Below, piece by piece: positions 38,717-53,184 of a DNA stretch of 64,000 bases. Source of the DNA: Eledone cirrhosa (lineage: Eukaryota); contig OZ024742.1 of the NCBI GenBank assembly GCA_964016885.1, positions 117,428,001 through 117,492,000 on the forward strand. Direction: 5' to 3'. Made by a program: the position numbers and the translations under genes. The notes below the pieces were generated by a model that did no database searches, was not told the DNA's origin, and was given only the letters and a program-made list of their open reading frames with translations. Position 1 is the stretch's first letter. Each line of letters opens with the position of its first letter.

Positions 38717-40340
38717 GGTCCTTTTCAGTACAGCCGCTCTCCATTTGTCACATTCTTTTGTCATCTTCTCTGTGTGCTTCAGCAATTTGTGATCAGCTCT
38801 CACCACAGCCATTCAGTTCTTCTTTGTTTTTCCTCTTTTGTGGCTTCTCTCTACTGGGATTACTTGGCACTTCTTCACACAGCAATCATCATCCATGTGC
38901 CTAACATGTCCGTACCAGTGCAGTCTCCTTTCATGCACACAACATCTGATCCCTCTTATACCCATTTTCTCCTCCAGTTCATCCATGCCTTGTCATTCTC
39001 ACACATTAACATTTCACATCCATTGAAGCATGCTTGCTTCACTTTGCATGTCCTCTGCCCATGTCTCACTACCATGCAGCATTGCACTTCACACACATGC
39101 ATCATACAGCCAGCCTTTTGTTTGTAGGGAGAAACCTTTTGTAGTGACCTTATTCTAGCTACAATGTTCTGAGAACCCTCCTCCACTGTTAATTACCTTG
39201 ATAACAGAAGCTATCATCCACTTCTATAAATCCTTCCTGGAATTGGAAAAGGTTTATATTATTTTGGGATTGGCAGTATCGGTAGAGGGTCGGACGCCAT
39301 GCTTTGATGCATAGAGTTACGGCCCTTTCCATTCTGAGTTCAAATCCAGCCGAGGCTAACTTTGCCTTTCATCCTTACGGGGTCGATAAAATAAAATACC
39401 AGTAATGCACTGGGTAATTTGCTGGCCTTGTACCAAAAGTAGAAACAATTATTTTTTATTTTATTATTATTGACACTTACTATCAATTGACCTTGAACAT
39501 CTACAACATACAAAGTCTTCCTTTCCTGTTAGTTTTGCTGCTATACCACTACACTTCTTGTGTATCAAAGTTTTGCATTATTTACATCATATAGAGTTTA
39601 TGCCTGTCCATTTTCTACATATTGAGCAAGGTCATTTCCCTAATGAGATCAGTGCCCTATGTTTATTCCTGATTATTAACATTTTGGTTTTTCTAAGTTT
39701 ACTCACAGCCATTTTGATTCTAAGTTGTTTCCACAGCCAGAATTCTTTCACAGTTTCAAATATAAGGACCGGATCATCAGCATATATATATGTTCTCATG
39801 GCCAACCATTCTTAGACTCCTCTTTTATGGCTGGAGTGCTTGGATTAACAGATCTGGGCTAAGAACTGAGCCCTGATACACTCCTACCTAGACCTTGAAT
39901 TCCTCACTACTCTTACTTTACTGGCAGCTCCTCTGTACATGGATTGTACTACTCTTACAAGCCACTCTTCTATACCTAGATTCCTTAAGGACCACCAGAT
40001 ACCAGATTGGCGTACTCTGTCAAAGGCTTTCTCTAGATCAACAAAAGCTAGATATAGAGGCTTACTAAGAACTTCTCTTGAAGTTGGCTTAATAAAAATA
40101 GGGCATCTGTCGTGCTCTTCCTTAGTCTGAACCTGAACTGATTCTCATCAAATTGGACTATTTCCCTAATTAATTGTGCTAGAACTCTTTCTGGCACTTT
40201 CATAACTTGATCTATTAGTTTTATTCCCCTGCAGGTGCTCCTTTCAAGAGCATCACCTTTTCCCTTGTAGCAATTAATTATTATGTTGCTGCACCAGTCA
40301 TTGGTTATGGCCCTGTCCTGTACTATCTGATTGCCTATCT
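38717..40340 (-). mobile_element. Decayed RTE LINE (3' tail displaced to 36537-36596); SINE A inserted at about 39266-39452
   Basis: FVDLEKAFDRV on the minus strand near 40010-40050; the sequence continues across the LTR element. Confidence 0.85.
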
Positions 40341-40359
40341 ATACACATGGGTACCATCA

Positions 40360-41441
40360 TCTGTTATCTAGTGGTCCATAAGGAAAGTGAGTGTTGGTGA
40401 GTGACAGCAGTTCAAGCCATGTACACAGGTGTTATCAATAAAGTTTAAGGTAATGAGTTTAGTGAAGAATTCCATGTGCAGCCTCTTCCTGTTTATTATA
40501 ACTCTCCATAACAGGAGTTTAAGACTGACTGTCCATAGTAAAATCTGTGAGCTGATGACCTCACTCTTATAGCTGAATCTGTGGAAGAGTTTGAGAAGAA
40601 ATTCCTATTCTGGAAACAGAACTTAGAAACAAATGGGCTAAACCTAAAATAGACAAAAGTTTTTTGTAAGTAGGAAAGAAGACAAGACTGATTCCATCAG
40701 AGAAATGATCATGCTTAATATGTAGAAAAGGAGTAGGTAGGAGCTCTATATGATGTACACAATGTAAGTCTACAAGATGTGTAGTCGGATTGTATGCAGG
40801 CTAATAGGCAAGATAGACTTTGTATGTGGAAGATCTAGTTTGTAGCAAGAGCAGCAGTTACTTAGGTGACCTAATTAACAGTAGAGTGTGGTTCGCTGAA
40901 AACATAGTAGCTAGAATAAGGAGCGTCTAGCAAAAAATTCTAGAAACTAATTTGTTGACAACAAAAAGATTTCCCCTATGAGCAAAGGGTAGATTGTATG
41001 ATGCTTGTCTGAGCAGTTCAATGTTGCATGATAGTGAGACATGAGCAGTAAATGCAGAGGATATGTGGAAGTTGGAGAGAAATGAAGCAAGCAGCTCTGT
41101 TGGATGTGTAATGTTAGTGTGCATGAAAAAAGCGGTGTGGATGATCTGAGAGAAAAAGTGTGGATAAGGGGAATCAGATGTAGTGTGCAAGAGAGAAGAC
41201 TGCACTGGTATGGGCATGTCATGTGTATGGGTGAAGAAGTGCCAGAAAATGCCAGAAAAAGGAAGCTGCATTAGAGAAAAACCTGGGCAGAGGCAATCAG
41301 GGCTGATCTCAAAATGCTTAACCTCACAGAGAAGATGGCGAACGAATGCTATGAGTTGAGGAAGGCAGCACTGGAAAGGACCCATCTATCACATGCAAGC
41401 ATAGTAAAATGAACATATAAATGTTACTGTGATGATGATGA
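40360..41441 (+). mobile_element. Decayed RTE LINE 3' part
   Basis: ADDLTLIAES and GRLYDACLSSSMLHDSET; (GAT)n tail. Confidence 0.85.
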
Positions 41442-41855
41442 TATATATGAATGCATATATATGGTTGTGTTGCTCTGAGATCAATCTCACTGTGTATGTG
41501 TCTTCTATGCACATAGATTGACCACTTCGCCACAAATGTAATTTAATAAACAAAAGCAGCCTAAGAATGTCAAATAAATATTTATATATTGTGTGTGTGT
41601 ATGTTTGTGTGTTCATGGCTGTAGTCATATTTGTGTCTTTGTCTGTGTCTTAGAAGTTCGACATATTTGTGTCTTTGTCTGTGTCTTAGAAGTTCGACAA
41701 AAAAAAAGATTAATAAAATAAGTACTGGAGTCGATATGATCGACTAAAATTTTCAAGGTAGTGCCACAAAATGACATCAGTCTAATAATTGAAATCAGGA
41801 AAAGAATATATATACGCATATATATGTATGTATTTATGTTATATATATATATATA

Positions 41856-42255
41856 TCATTATCATCATCATCATCATCACCGTTTTACGTCCGTTCTTCC
41901 ACGCTAGCATGGGTTAGATGGGTTGTCCTCTTGTGAGCAGTGTCCGGTTGGCTGACCTTGTCTTGCTCATACGGGAACTGATTGGGGCTTGATTTCTACA
42001 GCTGGATGCCCTTCCTAACACCAACCTAATTTACAGTGAGTGCTGGGTGCTTTTTTGCTGTGGCACCTCCACGACCACTTTGCAGTGGAATGATAGGGAC
42101 TACAGTCCTATCATCTCATTTCTATAGCTGAGTAAACTGGAGCAATGTGAAATAAAGTGTCTTGCTCAAGGAAACAACACATCACCCGGTCCGAGAATTG
42201 AACTCACAACCTTTCGATTGCAAGCCCAATGCTCTAACCACTAAGCCATGCGCCT
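41856..42255 (-). mobile_element. SINE family B (tRNA head, central domain, RTE-like tail), full length
   Basis: Minus strand GGCGCATGGCTTAGTGG (A box), GAGTTCAATTCTC (B box), CCTTGAGCAAGACACTT; ends in GGACGTAAAAC(GAT)n. Confidence 0.85.
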
Positions 42256-43265
42256 ATATATATACACACTCATTAGTGTTATACCAGTTTTAAACTAGTT
42301 ATAATAATAATGAAAATATTGTGTACAGTGCTCAGGTGCACTACAACTTAGTTAGACCATTATTCAGCATAACACTCAATACTTGGGATATTAGAATGTA
42401 ATTATAGTAGAGAGTCAGGGCCCACTTGCTTCAAGGCCACCCACCGCTCCATGACTCAGTGCTTCTTTTCCCATGATGAGTTGTCCCGCAACCATATAGT
42501 ACCATATAGCCTGCACCCTTATCATTTAAGTCAAAATGGAAAGTCAGACACATCCAACAATATATCAAACATTATCAACTTGCTTCAAAGCCACCCCACT
42601 GCCTCAGCACTTCCTCCTCCAAGGTGGAGGACTTACAAAGATTGAGAACAAATGAGGTGAGCATACTCCAATGGGTGTGTAATAACAATATACATGAATA
42701 ATCAAGTATCAACGATCTAAGAGAAGACAGGATTTGAAGGGGATTGGATGCAGTATGCATGAGAAGAGACTGTGTTCCTGTGAACATGTAATGCATATAA
42801 TGTATTTGAAGTTGATGGAACCTATGAAAGGGGTGGAAGAGAAGAACTTGGAAAACTTGGAATAATGTGCTCAAGGCTGACCTCATGCAGCTGAACCTCA
42901 CAAAGGAAGGCCCATAACTGTTTTTCAGTTTTGGCTTGGCTCTTTTGTATACTCTCATCCTGCTGTCACTTTGATTGTATCAAGCAAACTTCATACAGTG
43001 ATTGAATTGATGTGTGTGTGTGTTTCTCAACTTCTTTAGGATCATACATACAGAACACATTTTTCATCACCTATACTAGGTTTGCAATTAGGATGTGAAT
43101 TGTCTAAAATTATTGAGATCCAACGGATTAAATATTTGGAGGCCATGATTTTAGTGTTGTGTGAATGGAGGATTTATATTTTACTGCTTCTAGCTTCTGT
43201 GTCTAAAACAAATAGACTTTGGTTGAGATGTTTAGTTAGGTAGTTTAGTTGGATAGTTATATTAA

Positions 43266-43473
43266 CCCTTTAGCATTTACATTACTCTATATATACTAAT
43301 GTATTTTCACAGTAAAGGCTTTATCTCACATAATATTGAATCTATGAGATTTTGATGTTATTTATTTTGAGAACAATACCTTTATGTTGGTAATAATGGC
43401 CGGTTACGGCTGGTTTGACCAGAAAGAGGTGAGAGAATACTGGCCGGATATGGCAAGTTTAAATGTTAAAGGG
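43266..43473. mobile_element. piggyBac-type MITE
   Basis: TTAA flanks and terminal repeats. Confidence 0.88.
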
Positions 43474-44616
43474 TTAATATTCTGATGGATGGAGTCAGTT
43501 AATCCAGTATCATAGATAAATTGTAAAACCGGAAATATAGTTTGTAGCATAAGGTGCATAGAGGTAGAATGTAGAAGCATGATCATGACATTCATAGGCG
43601 TACCCAAATATTCTAATGAGGTAGTGCTAGTGCATAACAAAAAGCACCCAGTCCATCCTGTAAGGTAGTAGTGCTGTTGCCATGACAAAAAAGCATCTAG
43701 TCTGCTCTGATAATATGCTCCCAGTATACTCTGTAGAGTGGTTGGCGTTAGGAAAGACATCCAGCCATAGGAACCAAGCCAATACTGAATGCATCAGAAA
43801 AAGCTGGTTACGTGACTTGTCTAGCTTATATATATATATATTGTATATATTATAAATATATTGTAAATATTGGGCTTTGAAATCTTAGGGAACGTTTTTG
43901 TTCCATGTATGAACATAAATAAATAATATAATATACTATATATATGAATATAATCATCATTTTACATCTGCTTGATGATGATACATATATTTGTATAAGT
44001 AGAGAACAGCTTTTCTTTTAAACAAGTTATATGGAAATAACTATCCTCAACATTTTAATGATGTATTCATCTATTCTATAACCATTTTTTTGTAGTGTAA
44101 AATGAGGAAGATTTAAATAAGGAAGTTTTGCATGAAAAATAAATGTTAGTTAAGAAATGGTATCCCAGTGTATTAGTAGGCCCTGCCATAGAACAATATA
44201 AGAACAAATTTAGCCTCACTAATACAACAGAAGCAGCATCAAGAAAACATGCAAACCACACATTTCATAAACTGCAAGAATCAAATGCATTCTGGTTACA
44301 CAATGAGTAAACACCTATGGAAGCTCTACTAATATCAGAATATAAACCAGATACAGCATACATGAAACCAATTATAATTGCCATATTTCAACCATTGAGA
44401 AATTTTTAATCAGGCATCCATCACCTCCTACCACTACCATGAGGCTTTATGACCACTGTTAAGCATGTGACCAATTCTAAATGAGGAAACATGAAGGCTT
44501 CAAAATGTTAATATATGCAAAGATTTAGGTATGATACTGTTCCAAACTAAGCATAGAGAACTGGAGCTTAGTTGTGTTTTCAATAACAAATACATACACA
44601 CATATATATGAAATAA

Positions 44617-44735
44617 TAATAATTGTTTCTACTTTTGGCACAAGGCCAGCAATTATCCCAGTGCATTACTGGTACTTTATTTTATCGACCCCGTAAGGAT
44701 GAAAGGCAAAGCTAACTTCGGCGGAATTTGAACTC
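44617..44735 (-). mobile_element. SINE family A, 3' half
   Basis: Family body match. Confidence 0.85.
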
Positions 44736-44779
44736 TTTTTTTTTTTTTTTATATATACACACACAAATTTACAGTACAC

Positions 44780-45915
44780 ATCATCATCATCATCATCATC
44801 ATCACCGTTTTACGTCCGTTCTTCCACGCTAGCATGGGTTAGACGGGTTGTCCTGTTGTGGGCAGTGTCTGGTCGGCTGACCATGCCTTGCTCATACAGG
44901 AACTGATCTGGCTTGATTTCTACAGCTGGATGCCCTTCCTAACACCAACCTCATTTACAGTGAGTGCTGGGTGCTTTTTCGTGGCGCCTACACGTCCACT
45001 TTACAGTGTGGGCTGGGTGCTTTTTTGCCGTGGCACCTCCACGACCACCTTGCGGTGGGGGGGGGGGGGCATATTGTTTATATGCTTCAGCATGTACCCA
45101 TGGGAGGTCGGGTACCCTGTATTACTGCGTGACGCCAGAAGTCACGGTCGTGTGTCATTGACTTTGAGAGGTGTAGTTGGGTAAGGTCGGCTTTTATCAC
45201 CTCATCCCAAGTCATCTTGGGTCTCCCCACTCCGCGGTTTCCATCAACTTCTAGTGCTCTGCACCTTTTTATGCAGCTGTCATCCTTCATACGCATCACA
45301 TGTCCATACCAGCGTAACCGCCTCTCCTGCACGCAGCATTTGATTCCTCTTATGCTCAGTCTCTCTCTCAATTCATTTATGCTTTGTCGTTCACGTATAT
45401 TACTGTTACACATCCATCGGAGCATGCAGGCTTCGTTTCTCTCTAATCTACGTAGGTCTTCCACCTTCAGCGCCCAGGTCTCACTACCATGCAACATCGC
45501 TGTTCGGATACACGCATCATACAGTCTGCCTTTCATTCTGAGGGAGAAGCCTTTTGCAGCTAGCAGTGGTAGTAGTTCCCTAAACTTCTTCCATCCCGTT
45601 CTTACCCTAGTTATTGTACTTTCTGAGCACCCACCTCCGTTGCTAATTCGGTCACCTAGGTAGCAGAAGCTGTCTACTGTTTCTACAGGGCCCTCCCAGA
45701 GATTGGTGGTACTTGTTTCCTGTGGCTGTTTGCTTGCTGTTTCAGCACAGCTGCTGCATGTGAATCCTACATTCTTAATTAAGCTTCCTGAGATCCCGCT
45801 ACATCTCTTGTGTACCCATTGTTTGCATTTGGGGCAAAGAATGGAGTTCCTACCTACACCTTTCCTACATACTGAGCAAGGCCATTTCCCTGAGGGGATC
45901 TGGGTTCTGTTTTCA
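44780..45915 (-). mobile_element. Young RTE 3' fragment (about 45090-45915) next to a SINE B 3' fragment (44780-45060)
   Basis: Open 149-aa frame KGRLYDACIRTAMLHGSETW...RRLRWYGHVMR...GRPKMTW. Confidence 0.9.
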
Positions 45916-45930
45916 CAATGAAAATAAATT

Positions 45931-46433
45931 ACTCAATACAAAATAAATGTAAGTGGGTTTGCAGAAATAGTCTTAATTATCTAATCAAATTTTGTACTAA
46001 CCAATTTTGCTATGAGTTGCTTTTCAAAGGTTCACTTTAATTTTGTTGGTATTGAATATATTTTACATGTGCTGCTGTGTGTCCTATATATGATTTGAAC
46101 ATAACTTTGATATTTGTGTATTTTATATATATATATATATATATATATTACATTGCTGTATGTACTGTTGACTATATTTTGCGTGTGTTGAATATATTTT
46201 AGACATGTTGCAGTATGTCAATTATGTCCTTTATAAAATGGGAGATAACTGGTTATATTCTTGTCACTTATGTTATCATGACAACATAAAATATGTTGTA
46301 AACTATATTCAACAGGACACATGTAAAATATATTCAACACCAACACACATTAAAATGAAACTTTGGAAAGCTACTCATGGAAACCAGTTAGTTAAAAAAC
46401 TAATTAGATAATCATGACTATTTCTGCAAAACC
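45931..46433 (-). mobile_element. Old fold-back element with bulged hairpin on the minus strand
   Basis: About 45956-46075 is inverted relative to about 46315-46433; minus strand ACT-TACA-TTTATTT-TGTA-TT-GAGT at 45931-45954. Confidence 0.6.
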
Positions 46434-47029
46434 ACCTATATTAAAAAAAACAAAAAAACTATATTTTGTGAATTACTTTTTTTTCGTTGTGTACTATAAA
46501 TTTTCATGTATATTTATAAAAAAAAACAACATATGGTGCATCTTTAATTCTTTACATAACGGGATTTGTACAGAATTCCTTAATTTTCTTTTCTATTCTT
46601 TCATTATATATATATAATGAAAGAATATATATATATATGTATATATTACTTGGATTGCTATTAATGCAGGTATAAACTGCATTCAGTACTCAATGTGATA
46701 ATTTGATTTCAAGTTGAGGCCATGGGAACCCAATGGACAACTACTTATTTCTTCTATATGTAGGAATGGGAGATAACTACTACCTACTATCAAGAACCAT
46801 CACAGATTATAGATATGTCAATAAGTTAGGAAAAACAGACATGGTGTGATTAGAAAAACTTATTTTGTTATACTTTCTAACGTGTTTCATCATTGAGTTA
46901 CATCACAGGGTCTATGAGAGCTGTTTAGAGATATTAATTGTGTGTGTGTGTGTGTGTGTTATATGTATGTATCCATGTGTGTGTATATATATATGTGTGT
47001 GTGTATATATATATAAATATATATATATA

Positions 47030-47415
47030 AGGCAATTGAGGATATGAAGACAGGCAAAGCAGCTGGACCATCAAGGATTTGTATTGAGATGCTGAAAGCA
47101 TCTGCTATGGGGGATTACACATTAACACTGCATATAATAAATCAAGTTATACAGGATGCCATCATACTCAATGACTAGCATAGCAGCCACAGCAACAAGA
47201 GAAAAGAGTTGCACTAAACAAAGGAAACTGTAGAGGCATCACCTTAATAGACCAGGTCATGAAAGTTATCGAAAGAACTGTAGTACAACTTCTTTTGGAT
47301 AGAATTAGCATAGACAAGATGCAGTTCAGCTTTATGCTATGAAGAAATACAACTGATGCCTTCTTCCTTGTAAGACAGTTGCAGGAGAAGTAGATAGCTA
47401 TGAGGAACCCCTTAT
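47030..47415 (+). mobile_element. RTE RT fragment
   Basis: MKTGKAAGPSRICIEMLK and NCRGITLIDQVMKVIER. Confidence 0.8.
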
Positions 47416-48849
47416 ACCTAATGTTAAATTTTCTCTGCATTAGCTACATTAATGCATAACAGTAATTCAGTGACATCAATCTATAATAACGTTTTCCTCT
47501 TTAAAATTATGACCATACTTTTTTAATCTAGATCTTTTCTTCTTTTGATTTTCAGTACACTGCATTTTGTATTATTTGAACTGTGGCATTCCTTTTAAGT
47601 GTATGTGTGCCAAGCCCACAGGGATTGCCTTTATAATGACCTATCTGCTATAATGGAAACCATTTGTTAAAATTCTGTGAAGTAGTAAACATACTCTGAG
47701 TCACATGTCTACAATATGAAAGACATGAGAACAGGTATATTTACTATAACAGTTATAAGAAATAAAATGGTGTTACTTTTTCACTGCTTCTTTATATCAC
47801 TATTATATATATATATTATATACAGATTTGCATATATATAACTTGGCTTGGGCAGAAAATAAGTTGTCTGTGTTTTGCTCTCACTTCTTTTTTCTTATTG
47901 CTTTATCAAAAAGTAATATTTAAACATGAACTGCTTCCCACCCCCATTACCTCCACTCCTGAAGATAAACCTAATCCCCCCACCCTAATTGATTCCCTTG
48001 CCTATCTCCTGTTGAATTTTTCTCACTAATGTCTGTAACATACCCCCATCCCATACTTCTTGCATTTGTCCTGGCTAATTGGGTTATAAATGGTCTCAGG
48101 GCCGTCCATACATGAAAACATCTGACTATGCATAAGAGATCGCTACGAATAACCAACCAATCCGACAGACTCCTTCCCTTTCAGGTACAGGGGCCATAAG
48201 ACACAGTCCTCTTCTCTGCATCAGGTTCTAAACATCAGAATACAGCAATAATAAATGTCAGCAGCTAAAGAACTGGTTTGGAGAAATTGTAAAATGCTTG
48301 AAGAGAGACATGAGAATACGTGTGTGCCAGAGGTAAGATGGAGAGTGCTTCAACTAAACTCCTCATCTACTTATCTGTCTATTTGTTAATCTACCCATTA
48401 TTTCTATTTGTCTGTCATGCAACCAGTCTCCTGGTTTCTCTCTCTCTCTCTCTCTCTCTCAAATCTATTTTTCCATACCTGCATGGGGTAGACGGGTCAT
48501 CCACATTATAATACATGTCTGGCCAGTTGGCTGCGCCGTACCTTGCTCAAACAGAACTGTGTGTTGGCTGAGATTTTTACAGCTGATGACATTCCTAACA
48601 CCAACCATGTTTACAGTGTGTGTGTGTATATATACACACATAACTGTCTATTTATCTACCTAGATATCTATCTATCTATCTACCTAACTAACTATGTACG
48701 TCTCTATCTATCTGTTTGTCTCACTGACTGTCAGTCTATAGCTATTTATTTATGTATATTTAGCAATGTATTTATTTTTGGACATGAACAATGATGATGA
48801 TATATACATACAGGCACACACACACACACAAATATTGTGAAATGCATGA

Positions 48850-49995
48850 GAAGTTCAAGCTGGCAGCTTTGAATGTGGAGAATGATTAGGATGGCAACAT
48901 AGAGAGCAATCCAGTTTTTGGACCTGCAAAGGAAATAGGTGAGGAAGAATTGAGAAGATGGAGAGTAGAAGAACAGTAGGAGAGGGTTGACAAGACTTGT
49001 GAGGAGTTGGGATGTGAAAAATATAAAAGAGATCTGTAGATTGTTGGTGAAAGAAGACCATGTTTCTATGGATTGGGAGTTGAGTACTCTTTATTCCTCT
49101 GTACAAGGAGAAAGGCAGTTCTCTACACCGTGGTTCATATAGAACAAAGTAACCTATTGGAATACAGAATGATGTTGTTGGAAAGAGTGTTAGAAAAAAA
49201 GAATTATGAAAAAATTGAAAATCAAATACAGTTTGGAACAGCTGATGAAATTTTTATTGGAAGTCATTTATAGTATGCCAATGATCTAGTAGTTATTGCA
49301 GAGAGAATGGATAGACGAAGCAAGATAAATAGATGGAGCGAAAGTATGGATCCAAAAGGTATAAAGGTGATTATTAGAAAGACAAAGATGATGGCAAGTG
49401 GTAAAGCATTTTGTGAAATGGAAAGAATGGGAAGGTGGTCGTATGTTAGACAGGTGTTTCAGTGAACTCCATTAAATATACAGCATGCACTGGGTGGGTA
49501 CCTCAAAAAGTGTGATGAGATAATGAAATAATATGGCAGAAATATTTTAGTGTGAAATGTGTATGTTGGGGGCTACAGAATGAGAGGAATTGAGCTTGAT
49601 CTTAGGAATGGTATGTTAATGAGAAAGGGGAGTCCCTGAAACAGGAAGGAAAGGTTTATGCAGTTTGTGTGAGAGTGCCATGATTAATGAGAGGGAGACA
49701 TGAGTAATCAATGTAGAAGGCTAGAAAGAATAGAAATGAAAATAGTCCTGTGAATGAGTAGAGTATCACCAAGAGAGAGGAAGATTGAATATTGTGAAGA
49801 TGAATATTGTGAAAAGATATAGATGATTGGGTCCTGTGTGATGAAAAATCCAAGTGACTGGATGAGCAGAATGATGAGAAATAAATGTGGAAGGAAGTAT
49901 AGAAAGGGGAAGATCATAAAAGATGTGGCTAAAAATTACAAGGGAGAAAACGACAGCTAAGGGCTGTTGAGGGTATGCAGATGATAGGGAAAATA
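48850..49995 (+). mobile_element. Old, heavily deleted RTE-like LINE
   Basis: YANDLVVIAE and KGIKVIIRKTKMM fragments. Confidence 0.6.
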
Positions 49996-50299
49996 GGGAA
50001 GCTAGTTTATAATTATATATATATATATATATAAACACACACACACATATATATATATATATGCTGAACATTTATGTAATTATTACTTAGAAATAATCTA
50101 TCAAAATATTCTAATGTTTAATCACTTCTATGTGTTAGAAATCAACATAAACCTATATGATTTCTTTCATGCAAACCATTGATCTATCAAAATGCAAATT
50201 TCTCAGTTTGCATGATTGATCATATATCCTGTAATCTTAATATATATCTATCCTGGACTCCAAAAATTAACTACTATTGCCATCACTATTAAAAGCTAA

Positions 50300-51022
<723 letters not shown>

Positions 51023-51088
51023 TATATTTGCTGGCATAGGTATGCATCTGTGTATATATGTCAGTAGATATACTAATTCTTTATATAA

Positions 51089-51182
<94 letters not shown>

Positions 51183-51189
51183 ATATAAA

Positions 51190-51600
51190 TGAAGTATTTT
51201 CGGCGGAAAGGTACAGGTAAAAAGAGTGCTCTATGTAGACTACAGAGCTTATTAGTTATGTAATAAACAACATAAGATAATTATTTCATTTACCAGTCGT
51301 TTCTTGTCTGTCTTCAGTCGTCAGAATGAATAAATAACATGGATTTGAAAACAAAATTTAGGAAATATGAAAGTGAGGCTGAAAAAAAATGGGTGAAAAG
51401 GAAATTATGTTCTTGATATTTATTTTTTTTTATACATATATTTTTATATTTTTTCCCCCTATTTCCTTTTCGCCCGTTTTTTTCAGCCTCACTTTCATAT
51501 TTCCTAAATTTTGTTTTCAAATCCATATTTAATAAAAACACCATGTTATTTATTCATTCTGACAACTGAAGACAGACACATCTGGTTATATTTAATTTGT
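51190..51600 (-). mobile_element. Fold-back element with degenerate hammerhead and tail on the minus strand
   Basis: About 51305-51405 is inverted relative to 51460-51578. Minus strand TTCATT CTGACGA...GAAA C..G TA AATGAA; hairpin at 51228-51248. Confidence 0.65.
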
Positions 51601-51812
51601 TGGGATTCAACAAGGTTAAAAAAATGTTTAACTGATATAAAGCGCTCAACAAGTTAATGGTGTAAATATATATATATATATATGTGAAGACAAACATAGA
51701 ATATTCGAAAATATTCTGTATGTTTATAATAAACATTTTGAAGACCTAATCGCTATAGAATAGAATACGTCACGTATTACAATTTGAGATTCTCGACAAA
51801 AGCAAGGGAAGA

Positions 51813-51851
51813 AACCTACGCGTTTCATTCTCATTAGAAATCATCAGGATT
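51813..51851 (-). ncRNA. Type I minimal hammerhead ribozyme
   Basis: AATC CTGATGA T-TTCT-AATG-AGAA-T GAAA CGCG TA GGTT; the first stem II pair is a U.U mismatch. Confidence 0.7.
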
Positions 51852-52122
51852 ACATATCCAATGCTTTTATCGAGAACGACACAGCTAGAGACTTATAGAA
51901 TACTTAGCCGTGTACAGGAACTGGTTTGAAAGAGCGGTAGCCGGTCCGGCAGAAATTAGAATTTGGATTTAATGCTCTGAAATAGCGATATATATGTGAA
52001 GACAAACATAGAATATTCGAAAATATTCTGTATGTTTATAATAAACATTTTGAAGACCTAATCGCTATAGAATAGAATACGTCACGTATTACAATTTGAA
52101 ATTCTCGACAAAAGCAAGGGAA

Positions 52123-52165
52123 GTAACCTACACGTTTCATTCTCATTAGAAATCATCAGGATTAC
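52123..52165 (-). ncRNA. Type I minimal hammerhead ribozyme (tandem copy)
   Basis: Stem I GTAATC/GGTTAC, same core, stem III CGTG. Confidence 0.7.
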
Positions 52166-52343
52166 ATATCCAATGCTTTTATCGAGAACGACACAGCTAG
52201 AGACTTATAGAATACTTAGCCGTGTACAGGAACTGGTTTGAAAATATATATTTATATATATATATGATATGGAACTAGCTGGGCAAGAACTTAGCCGTTT
52301 GGGTCCTGACTCTTTATAATATATAGCCGTTGGGGGTCCTAAT

Positions 52344-52389
<46 letters not shown>

Positions 52390-52392
<3 letters not shown>

Positions 52393-52488
52393 GGTGTCCC
52401 AAAAGAAAATATACATGCTACATTACCTGTGCAGGCAATATTTATTGGAATGCACAACCTTTGGGCATACATTTTTGGGGACACCCTG
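52390..52488. mobile_element. Tc1/mariner-type mini-MITE (99 bp)
   Basis: TA-CAGGGTGTCCC...GGGACACCCTG-TA. Confidence 0.8.
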
Positions 52489-52687
52489 TATATATTTTGA
52501 TATCAATGTTAGAACTATATTATCAATTCTCAAAGGAAAGTAGAGAATTAAACTTACGGAATGTAATTGCCAGCTTTTCAGAGAAAGGAAGAGCTCAGAG
52601 TTTTATATGATATATATAAATGTTTGGAGAAGAACAGATAATGGTGTGGAAGAGTAGTTATAAATATAAAAAAGCAGAGCCTATATA

Positions 52688-53097
52688 GACAAAAGTTAAT
52701 GGAAAAATTAATCCTCTTTCATCAAAGAATGGTTTATTCTCTTAGAATTGTTTTGAATGAGATGTGACCTCGAATTAATTAGTTAAATGTTGTTTCAGGC
52801 TTCTTTTTACAACATCCCCATCCATAGAGTAGGTGCATTTATATGATCAGAGCTCATTCTCATCTGAGAGAAAAAATAGTCAATGGTGAAGATTTATCAC
52901 TGAACATCTTGTTTACCTTTAGCGTGGGATATGTTACTTACTTCTTCATCTTAAGGATCAAGACTATAACCATTGTAAAAGGAATTCTGAAACATTTGAA
53001 TAATTAATTTGAGGTCACATCTCATTCAAAACAATTGTAAAAGAATAAACCATTCTCTTTTATGAAAGAGGATTAATTTTCCATTAACACTTTTGTT
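52688..53097. mobile_element. Old fold-back element (about 110-bp arms)
   Basis: About 52688-52800 is inverted relative to about 52986-53097; TA/TC repeats flank it. Confidence 0.65.
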
Positions 53098-53099
53098 TG

Positions 53100-53184
<85 letters not shown>

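Larger units (their letters stand above)
51684..52243 (-). repeat. Tandem duplication (period 312 bp), each unit with a hammerhead
   Basis: 51684-51931 is repeated at 51996-52243; (TA)n at the ends and at the junction. Confidence 0.9.

Noticed and set aside
38717-41441. Divergent RTE pair as one twin-primed inversion
   Set aside because: Each part has its own (GAT)n tail and they overlap in RT content, so they are two insertions.
42170-42255. tRNA gene-like sequence
   Set aside because: It is the head of multi-copy SINE B.
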